The translations under genes were made by a program, and so were the position numbers. Of a DNA stretch of 64,000 nt, positions 27,949 to 36,068 are shown piece after piece. The notes beneath the pieces are model-generated. The model was not told the DNA's origin. It searched no databases and was given only the letters and a program-made list of their open reading frames with translations. Source of the DNA: Candidatus Latescibacterota bacterium. GTDB lineage: Bacteria > Latescibacterota > UBA2968 > GCA-2709665. The DNA is taken from the NCBI GenBank assembly GCA_965116875.1, contig OZ220733.1, positions 5,216,001 to 5,280,000 on the forward strand. Reading direction: 5' to 3'. Position 1 is the first letter of the stretch. Every line of letters begins with the position of its first letter.

Positions 27949-30900
27949 TTGAACTCAGAAGCCCCTATTAGCGAAGGACAGACGGTTACGGGATCGTTGT
28001 TCGATGAACCGATGCAGGTGGAGACCGTTCGCTCCAATGGTACCGGCGTCTGGATCGCCGGGCTGGTCGGCCAGAGAACGGAACGATTCCGCAGGGTCAC
28101 ACTGACTGCCGATGATATCGCCAATCTGACTATCTTCGATTCCGCACTTTCATACGATGGCGACGGTCGCCTGCTTCGGATAGGTCTCCAGGCATACTCA
28201 CTTGGGATCGCCTACGAGTTTGATCCCTACTTCGGACTCTCTATTTCTCGCGTTGATCCTCTCCCCCACCAGTTAGAGGCCGTCTACGAACACCTTCTGA
28301 AGCTACCCACTGTTCGCTTCCTTCTGGCCGATGATGCCGGAGCTGGCAAGACCATCATGGCGGGACTGCTGATCCGGGAACTCAAACTTCGGGGACTCAT
28401 CGAACGTGTTCTCGTAGTTTGTCCCGCAAACCTCGCATTCCAATGGCAACGCGAGTTGAATGAAAAATTCGACGAGAAATTCTTCGTCCTCAAGGGCGGC
28501 GACATTCGCGACCAATTCGGTGTGAACCAGTGGCTGGAACAGAACCAGATCATCACCTCACTCGACCTCGCCAAACGAAGTGAGATTCTCCCCGGGTTGG
28601 AGCAGGTTCGGTGGGACCTGGTAATCGTCGACGAAGCGCACCGCATGTCCGCCCGCGACGAGACCCATAAGAGCCAGCGTTACCGCCTGGGCGAAATGCT
28701 TCGCGACAGTGCCGACCACGTGTTGCTGCTGACCGCAACGCCTCACAGGGGTGACCCGCAAAACTTCACGCTGTTTCTGCAACTCCTCGACCGCGACGCA
28801 TACGCGGACGTGCGTTCGATTCGGGAGGCGATGCAGCATCGGCGTGCGCCGTTTTACCTGCGTCGCACCAAGGAGGCAATGGTCTACTTTCCCGATCGCC
28901 AGGACGACGGTACGTGGAACGCCAGACCGGTGTTTACGAAGCGCATTCCACGGACCGCGGACTTCGCGATTGGCGGTCCCGAATTCGAACTCTACCGTAC
29001 CATCACCCGATTTGTAAAACGGCAGAGCGCCCGCGCCGCAGCACAGGGCGACGATCCTCGCGCGCGTGCCGTCGGATTCTTGATGGCGCTTTATCAACGG
29101 CGCCTGGCGTCCAGCACGTATGCCGTGCGGCGGTCGCTTGAGAATCGGGCCGCACGCCTCGAAAAGGGCCTTGAGGAAGCCCGAAATCTGGTACAGTCGG
29201 CGCCTCCCAACCTGCCGGATCCCGATGACCTCGAGGAATTGGAAGACGCAGAGCGCGAGCGTCTTGAACGAATCCTCGAGGCGATCACACTGGCCGGAAA
29301 CGCAGAACAGGTCCGCGAGGAGATTCAGGAACTGAGGTCACTGGCGGAAGAGGCCAAGGCAGTCGAAGGTTCGAACGATGAAGCGAAATTAAACACCCTC
29401 CGCAAGATTATGCAGGAGGAAGGCTTCTTTGAGCGCCGAGACCAACGGCTGCTGCTCTTCACAGAGTTCAAGGACACTCTCGATTATCTGATGGAGCGTC
29501 TAAAGAACTGGGGATTCAGCGTGGGCTGCATCCACGGGGGAATGAAGGCCGGCTCACGCGACGAAACCGGAAGCCGACTCCATACCGAACAGCAGTTCCG
29601 TGAAGGCGCCATCCAGGTTCTCGTCGCCACCGAGGCTGCCGGAGAAGGCATCAACCTGCAATGCTGCCACATCCTCTTTAACTACGATATCCCGTGGAAT
29701 CCAAATCGCCTCGAACAACGCATGGGGCGCATTCACCGCTACGGGCAGCGGCACGACTGTCTGATCTTCAACTTCGTCGCGACCAACACTATTGAAGGCC
29801 GTGTGTTGCAGCGGTTGCTGGAGAAGCTGCAGGAGATCCGAGAAGCTCTCGACGACGACGCGGTATTTAACGTGGTTGGCGAAGTCTTACCCTCGACCCG
29901 AGTTGAGCGAGTTTTGCGAGATTTCTACGCCGGGAAGCTAGGCGAGGAAGACTTTGAAGACAGGCTCCTGAAGGACGTCGACGAAGGCCGGTTCCGATCC
30001 ATTTGCCAGACAGCGCTCGAAGGTCTGGCATCCAGAAGACTGAACCTGGACATGTTGATCGAACGCAAGGCCCGTGCCCAGGAACGACGTGTCGTTCCCG
30101 AGACAATCGCACGTTTTATCACCGAGTGCGCACGCGACGTGAGTCTCACGATGAAGCCGGTAAAACGCCTGGCGCATACGTATGAGCCGGGACGCACACC
30201 TACCGCATTGAAAAAATATGAGCGCGATGCGGATTGGAAACTCCCGGAACTGGCGGGACGTTATCCCAGGCTCTCGACAGACCGGGATGCGGCCGAAGAA
30301 CACAATTTGGAGTGGGTAACGCCCGGACACCCTCTGTTCGAGGCCCTGCGCCGGCACAGCCTCGAACTGAGTCAGATCTCTCTGGCCAATGGCGCATGCT
30401 TCCATTCGCTAACCCACGATGTGCCGACGCGTTTAGATTTTTATCGTGCCCGTGTGGTGGATGGACTTGGAAGGGTTATCCACGAACGACTGTTTACAGT
30501 CGAATTAACGAACGACGGCTCGCAGAGTCTGAGCGGACCCGACGTCCTCGGAAACCTGACGCCGGCGGAGACGCCGGATGCACTACCGTCCGTTGCTTCA
30601 ATTCCTGAAGACACGGCGTGGCTGAATGAGCACGCGCTGCTTCCGTTTATTGAAGAAGTGCGCACAGAGCGTTTGGCAGAAATGGATCGGATTGCCGAGC
30701 ACGTGGAACTCTCATTGACGGAAGTTCTGCAACGCATTGACGAAGAAATCGGGCGCGCCGCCGACGAGGTGGCGAACGACGTGACTGGCGCGGAAGGTCG
30801 CCTGGCGCAGGCCGAAACCCGGCATGGCGAAGTATTGGCTCGCAGAGAGCGAAGGCGCGAAGAACTCAAACAACAGCGAGCAGTAACGTTGCAGGGCGTA

Positions 30901-31335
30901 GAGCGTTTGGCCAGCGCGCTTGTCCTTCCTCACACTGACACCGATACGCTCGACGTCCGGAAACTGCGCCCGCATCCGGAAACCGAGATGACCGCCATGC
31001 GAGTGGTCATGGAACACGAAACAGATCAGGGTCGAAGGGTCTACGACGTTCACAAGGAGAACCTGGGCTACGATGTAACCAGCCTGGATCTGCAGTCAGG
31101 CGAATTGCGGCTGATCGAGGTCAAAGGACTCGCTGGTCCCACCGGAAGCATCCTGCTCACGCCAAACGAACGCCGCGTCGCCGAAGATCGCCCAGACTGC
31201 TTCTGGCTCTACGTTGTAACCAACTGTGCGACTGGACCGGAACTTCAAGAACCGATCAGAGATCCGGCGCGGTTTTCATGGAATGAAGTCAAAAAAGTCG
31301 CTCACTATTACCTTAACCTGAATGCTCTCAGATGA
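27949..31335 (+). CDS. SNF2-family helicase with C-terminal DUF3883 PD-(D/E)xK nuclease-like domain
   Basis: PLPHQ, LADDAGAGKT, IVDEAH, LLTATPH, TEAAGEGINLQ, PWNPNRLEQRMGRIHRYGQ; C-terminal LGYDV...IEVKG. Probable TTG start at 27949 (GGAG RBS); the ORF track starts it at 27922. Confidence 0.92.
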   Translation: MNSEAPISEGQTVTGSLFDEPMQVETVRSNGTGVWIAGLVGQRTERFRRVTLTADDIANLTIFDSALSYDGDGRLLRIGLQAYSLGIAYEFDPYFGLSISRVDPLPHQLEAVYEHLLKLPTVRFLLADDAGAGKTIMAGLLIRELKLRGLIERVLVVCPANLAFQWQRELNEKFDEKFFVLKGGDIRDQFGVNQWLEQNQIITSLDLAKRSEILPGLEQVRWDLVIVDEAHRMSARDETHKSQRYRLGEMLRDSADHVLLLTATPHRGDPQNFTLFLQLLDRDAYADVRSIREAMQHRRAPFYLRRTKEAMVYFPDRQDDGTWNARPVFTKRIPRTADFAIGGPEFELYRTITRFVKRQSARAAAQGDDPRARAVGFLMALYQRRLASSTYAVRRSLENRAARLEKGLEEARNLVQSAPPNLPDPDDLEELEDAERERLERILEAITLAGNAEQVREEIQELRSLAEEAKAVEGSNDEAKLNTLRKIMQEEGFFERRDQRLLLFTEFKDTLDYLMERLKNWGFSVGCIHGGMKAGSRDETGSRLHTEQQFREGAIQVLVATEAAGEGINLQCCHILFNYDIPWNPNRLEQRMGRIHRYGQRHDCLIFNFVATNTIEGRVLQRLLEKLQEIREALDDDAVFNVVGEVLPSTRVERVLRDFYAGKLGEEDFEDRLLKDVDEGRFRSICQTALEGLASRRLNLDMLIERKARAQERRVVPETIARFITECARDVSLTMKPVKRLAHTYEPGRTPTALKKYERDADWKLPELAGRYPRLSTDRDAAEEHNLEWVTPGHPLFEALRRHSLELSQISLANGACFHSLTHDVPTRLDFYRARVVDGLGRVIHERLFTVELTNDGSQSLSGPDVLGNLTPAETPDALPSVASIPEDTAWLNEHALLPFIEEVRTERLAEMDRIAEHVELSLTEVLQRIDEEIGRAADEVANDVTGAEGRLAQAETRHGEVLARRERRREELKQQRAVTLQGVERLASALVLPHTDTDTLDVRKLRPHPETEMTAMRVVMEHETDQGRRVYDVHKENLGYDVTSLDLQSGELRLIEVKGLAGPTGSILLTPNERRVAEDRPDCFWLYVVTNCATGPELQEPIRDPARFSWNEVKKVAHYYLNLNALR

Positions 31336-32495
31336 CCGATGCAGCCGTTGAACCCGGGATGGATGTGTTTGAAACATACGAAGCGTTGACAGCTTCTCCC
31401 TCTCGTGCACCATCGTACTGGGCAGATTCCTGTACTCACGAGGAGTGTACGTTACACCAACTCTCACCCTATATCGGCAAACTTAAGAGCGTAATCGCAA
31501 AAGACCTCATTTTGAATTTTAGTGAGCCGAACGAGCTGGTTGTCGATATGTTTTGTGGCAGCGGCACGGTTCCACTTGAGGCAGCCCGTCTAGGACGACG
31601 TGTATTTGCATCTGACAATAGTATCTACGCTGTGACACTGACTAAAGCGAAGCTCAATGCGCCTGCATGTGTTGACGCGGCACATGTACGCCTTGAAAAG
31701 GTCCAGCGTAGAGCGAATTCGTTGCCACCACCTGACCTTCGAAGAATTCCGCGTTGGGTTCGGGCTTTCTTTCATCCACGCACACTCAAGGAAGCGCTTC
31801 GGCTAACCCAGGTACTGAGGCTTGAAAGACGCTACTTTCTCTTGGCTTCGATGCTGGGTATTCTACACCACCAAAGACCCGGATTTCTATCGTATCCGAG
31901 CAGTCACCTCGTCCCCTATCTCAGATCGGAAAAATTCCCTGAGTCCGATTTCCCGGAACTCTACGAATATCGCCCCGTTGCGCCCCGCTTGGCTGCGAAA
32001 GTTGAACGCGCTCTAAAACGCACGCCCGATGGTCCCCTGTCAGGATTAATTGAAGGGGTTCGCAGATCTTCCGCGAATTTTGTCAATCTCCCTGACAACA
32101 TCGACTGTGTGATATCGAGTCCTCCGTACATGAATGCCCTGGACTATCGACGTGACAATCGCTTACGGCTCTGGTTTCTTGGCGAGAAATTCGGCGAAAG
32201 AGCTGACCGCACCTTCGAAGCAATTTCGGAATTTCGAAAACTCATGGACAAACTTGCGAGACAGTTGGAACGAAAGGTGCGAAAAGGTGGATATTGTATT
32301 TTTGTAGTCGGAGAACAGACGTATAGAGGTGGAAGACGTTACCCTTCCGAAGTGCTTGCACGGAGTTTCCTGACCCACAGTTCGACGTTTCGCTTGTGCG
32401 ATGTGATATCTGACACAATTCCCGATATTCGTCGTTCACGGAAACATGCAGGAGGCGTAAAACGCGAAAACGCGTTGGTTTTTAGGAAATACTAG
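31332..32495 (+). CDS. Amino-DNA methyltransferase, SPPY type (probable m4C; motif I precedes motif IV)
   Basis: HQLSPYIGK, VVDMFCGSGT (SAM binding), ISSPPY (catalytic); ATGA overlap with the helicase stop. Confidence 0.85.
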   Translation: MTDAAVEPGMDVFETYEALTASPSRAPSYWADSCTHEECTLHQLSPYIGKLKSVIAKDLILNFSEPNELVVDMFCGSGTVPLEAARLGRRVFASDNSIYAVTLTKAKLNAPACVDAAHVRLEKVQRRANSLPPPDLRRIPRWVRAFFHPRTLKEALRLTQVLRLERRYFLLASMLGILHHQRPGFLSYPSSHLVPYLRSEKFPESDFPELYEYRPVAPRLAAKVERALKRTPDGPLSGLIEGVRRSSANFVNLPDNIDCVISSPPYMNALDYRRDNRLRLWFLGEKFGERADRTFEAISEFRKLMDKLARQLERKVRKGGYCIFVVGEQTYRGGRRYPSEVLARSFLTHSSTFRLCDVISDTIPDIRRSRKHAGGVKRENALVFRKY

Positions 32496-32497
32496 AT

Positions 32498-34981
32498 ATG
32501 CGCAAGAACCTTCCCGAAGTCGGTGAATTTATCGGTAAAACGATATTGCGTTATCCAGATCACGTAATAAAGGAGCATATTGCATCTGGAAACAACGGCC
32601 ACGTGTTTCGGGCACATAACGAATTGACTGATAGTAACTTTGCATTCAAAATAGTGCCGATCTTGAATGTGTGCAGTGTGGAATACTTGGAAGAAGCAAA
32701 GAAGGCCAATCTCTTGGAAAACCAATCAGTGGTAAGGCATTTCGACACCGTCGAGGATGAAATTTCTGGGCACAAATGCATTGTCTTTGTATGCGATTTT
32801 GTTAGTGGGATAAATCTAAGAGAGTACACCAGGCAAAATCGATCTGACATTAACGTACCGTTCATCGAGAGCTTCTTGCGAACAATGTTCGCATTGTTGT
32901 ACGAATTGAAAATCCGCGGGTTTGTTCACGGCGATCTTCATGCCGGCAATATCATTGTATCCAAGTCGGACTATGACATCTATGGAAGAGTCGTCTTCCG
33001 TGTTACAGACTTTGGCGTTGGACAAGTTACTGGGAAGTCACAGCATCCTAACGATTTTCTGTACGTCGCTGACACGTTAAACGAGTTGCTCGAGTGCATA
33101 GTATTTCAGGACTGCAATGGTCGTGACCGATTTGTATACGACGTTCTCCGTTTGGAATTCCTGCAGCGGCATCTCACTGATACAGATTCCTTAGCTGACG
33201 AACTCGTGATGAACCCGCAGATGATGTTGGAAAAACTCGATTCCTTGGATGAGCAGTACAGGCGCCAAGCACAAGAAGAACCCAGGTCAAAGATGGTCAC
33301 GCCCTTCGACTATCCAAACTGCGAGCAGATTGGTAATCATCATCTGCTGCTTAAGGCACTGTATTCGGATCGGCTACTCGGCCTAACTGACGTAAAAGCC
33401 CGATCCAATCTCGTATTAACTGGGCCTCGTGGATGCGGCAAGACTACTGTATTTCGTGCGTTAAGCCTTGATTACCTTATATCTACGGGGAATGATACGC
33501 CGGCCGATTTGCGATATATCGGGGTTTATTACAGGTGTGATGACCTATACTTCGCATTCCCAAGATATGTTTCTCCAGAGCGCGATGAGGCATTAAATCT
33601 GCCAATGCACTTTGTTACCGTTACGTTACTTGCCAGAGCTTTGGAGCATTTGGCAAAATGGAGCAAAAGGCACTTTCGAGACGAGTTTAAGGAAAAGGAA
33701 GAGAAACTCGTTGAGGATCTTTGGGACATAGTCAGAATTCTTCCTGCCAGCAGTCCGGTCACGAATACAGTTGAAGGGTTCATTAGTCGTTTAATGGATA
33801 AGGAGCGAAAAAGAGCAGCGGAAAAGCAGCGTTTCGTTAACGATCCTAAGCAACCTATTAGTGGCTACTTCGGTCCAGAAATACTGCTCCGAGCCTGCGC
33901 CGTTATTCGTGAAACCATGTCATTTTTGGAAAATCGCCCGTTCTATTTCTTTATCGATGACTATTCCCATCCTAAAATCACGATTGAACTACAACGAAAT
34001 CTAAACAGGCTACTGATGACTCGTACCGCGGACGTATTTTTCAAACTATCCACCGAGAGTCCCGTTTCATTTGCACGCGAGGATATTGACCAAAAACGTT
34101 TTGTTGAGACCCGCGAATACGACTTACTTAACTTGGGCCTCAAATACCTAACCGATACGTCGAAACTCAGGCGTCAATTCATAGATGACTTGTTTAAACG
34201 GCGATTTCGAGAAGTTGAAGATTATCCGGTGAAAGGTCTAGAGGAACTCTTTGGCTCGGCACGTCGTAACGAAAATGCTTCTGCTGTTGCAATACGAGAT
34301 GGGAAAAGTGATGAGTACAGATACTCAGGTTTTGAGACAATAGCCGCGATGTGCAGTGGTGATATTCACTACATAATTCGATTGGTTGCCCGCATGGTGG
34401 ACGACTCGGGTGGGATTCAGTGGCTCAACAAAGCAGAACGAGTTCCAAAGATAGACTCAAGACGCCAGAATAATTCAATTCGAGCAGCAGCTGGCGCGTT
34501 TGTAGAGTCGGTCCGTAAATTGCCTAAGTGGGGACCTCGGCTCGCGCAAGTTGTGACAGCTTTCGGAAACGTCGCCCACTCATACATCAGATTTGAGACT
34601 TCATCCAACAGTACCGACAAGCCTCCTCACCAAGCATCTCGAATTGAGCCATACGAATCACTCAGGTTGTCAGAGCAATCGCAGGAAATCCTTGAGGAAC
34701 TGCTCCGTTACTCGATTTTTATTGAAGATCCGAGAGGAAGAAGCCGTAGAGGGGAGATGGTCCCAAGATTCTACATAAGGAGATACTTGATACCGCATTT
34801 GCGCCTTACATTCAGTTTGCGGGACTCGATTCAGCTAGAAAACAATGAGTTAGAGAAGCTATTGTCCAATCCGCGTGAATTTGAAAAAACAGCTCGCTTG
34901 CGGTCAAAAGAGCATGCACATCGGATGCGGCAGAAGAAAGTGTATAACGATCCAAATCAACGGACTCTTTGGGAGGATTAA
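32498..34981 (+). CDS. Protein kinase-like domain fused to a P-loop (ORC/CDC6-like AAA+) ATPase
   Basis: Kinase: IASGNNGHVF, FAFKI, EEAKK, VHGDLHAGNI, TDFG. ATPase: GPRGCGKTT (Walker A), FFIDD (Walker B), SGDI. The ATPase subfamily is an inference. Confidence 0.8.
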   Translation: MRKNLPEVGEFIGKTILRYPDHVIKEHIASGNNGHVFRAHNELTDSNFAFKIVPILNVCSVEYLEEAKKANLLENQSVVRHFDTVEDEISGHKCIVFVCDFVSGINLREYTRQNRSDINVPFIESFLRTMFALLYELKIRGFVHGDLHAGNIIVSKSDYDIYGRVVFRVTDFGVGQVTGKSQHPNDFLYVADTLNELLECIVFQDCNGRDRFVYDVLRLEFLQRHLTDTDSLADELVMNPQMMLEKLDSLDEQYRRQAQEEPRSKMVTPFDYPNCEQIGNHHLLLKALYSDRLLGLTDVKARSNLVLTGPRGCGKTTVFRALSLDYLISTGNDTPADLRYIGVYYRCDDLYFAFPRYVSPERDEALNLPMHFVTVTLLARALEHLAKWSKRHFRDEFKEKEEKLVEDLWDIVRILPASSPVTNTVEGFISRLMDKERKRAAEKQRFVNDPKQPISGYFGPEILLRACAVIRETMSFLENRPFYFFIDDYSHPKITIELQRNLNRLLMTRTADVFFKLSTESPVSFAREDIDQKRFVETREYDLLNLGLKYLTDTSKLRRQFIDDLFKRRFREVEDYPVKGLEELFGSARRNENASAVAIRDGKSDEYRYSGFETIAAMCSGDIHYIIRLVARMVDDSGGIQWLNKAERVPKIDSRRQNNSIRAAAGAFVESVRKLPKWGPRLAQVVTAFGNVAHSYIRFETSSNSTDKPPHQASRIEPYESLRLSEQSQEILEELLRYSIFIEDPRGRSRRGEMVPRFYIRRYLIPHLRLTFSLRDSIQLENNELEKLLSNPREFEKTARLRSKEHAHRMRQKKVYNDPNQRTLWED

Positions 34982-34985
34982 GTAG

Positions 34986-36068
34986 GTGATCCGAAATATT
35001 CCGCTCCGCTCCGATGAGATTCTGAAACAGATTGAATGGCCTACGTTGGAGGAGATACATGAACCCAGGGTACAACAAGGTGATTGTGTGTTGGTCTGCG
35101 CGGGTTTCGAGGATCGTGCCGTTGAATTCCTGCGTCGGACCTGCGAGTTGCCAATTTCGGGATTTACTCTTGGGCTAATTCGCTACGGGCCGGAACTTAG
35201 CCAGAATAGAGTAGAAGAATTACGAAAACATAGCCTACGAGCAGATTTAAATGTCACGGAGTTTTATTATGACCGTGAAAATCCATCGGGCATTGGAGAG
35301 GAGCTACTAGACTTTTCGAGACGATTTCCCCGAGTTCTAATTGACATTGCTGGAATGTCGCGTCTTCTAATCGTGCAAGCGATCGTAGCTCTCATTCGCG
35401 GTCGCGTCCCATCGATCAGTGTACTCTATAGTGAAGCGATGGAATATCCGCCAACGAAGGATGAATTCGAAAGTGATCTGCAAGACGGGGATGTTGGACA
35501 GCCGGTTAGTTATCTGTCATCGGGAATCTTTGAGATTGCGGCGGCACCGGAGTTGAGTTCAGTATCTATGTCGGGCGAGGCGATTAGGCTGATTGCATTT
35601 CCTTCTTTTGATCCCGCCCAACTCGAAAACTCGATTCAAGAACTGCAACCTACCTATACAGACGTAATTCATGGCGCTCCTCCTGATGTTGAAAACGAAT
35701 GGCGAATGGAGGCAATTCGGCTACTTAATGAACTTACATTGGATGAGCTTCACCGCAAATCAGACTTTACTGCATCTACACTTGACTATCGAGAGGCAAT
35801 GAACATCATTCTGGCAATTTACGGGCGACGCAGCATGTTTGATCGTCTTGTTATTGCACCTACAGGCAGCAAAATGCAAACAGTGGCCGTTGGCATAATC
35901 CGGGCGGTACTCCACGACGTACAAGTCGTTTATCCTACACCGCACGTCTTCACTCAACCAGATCGATATACGCTGGGCGTGCGCCGAATTTATCAATTGG
36001 ATCTGCCAACAGATGCAATTTGGGGCGCCATCAAGAGTGTCGACACAAGTAATGACGAGATTCATTGA
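34986..36068 (+). CDS. Hypothetical protein with two Rossmann-like halves (CARF-like?)
   Basis: Half 1: VCAGFEDRA...IDIAGMSR; half 2: IAFPSFD...IAPTGSK. Coupled to both neighbours. Fold call is inference. Confidence 0.65.
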   Translation: MIRNIPLRSDEILKQIEWPTLEEIHEPRVQQGDCVLVCAGFEDRAVEFLRRTCELPISGFTLGLIRYGPELSQNRVEELRKHSLRADLNVTEFYYDRENPSGIGEELLDFSRRFPRVLIDIAGMSRLLIVQAIVALIRGRVPSISVLYSEAMEYPPTKDEFESDLQDGDVGQPVSYLSSGIFEIAAAPELSSVSMSGEAIRLIAFPSFDPAQLENSIQELQPTYTDVIHGAPPDVENEWRMEAIRLLNELTLDELHRKSDFTASTLDYREAMNIILAIYGRRSMFDRLVIAPTGSKMQTVAVGIIRAVLHDVQVVYPTPHVFTQPDRYTLGVRRIYQLDLPTDAIWGAIKSVDTSNDEIH

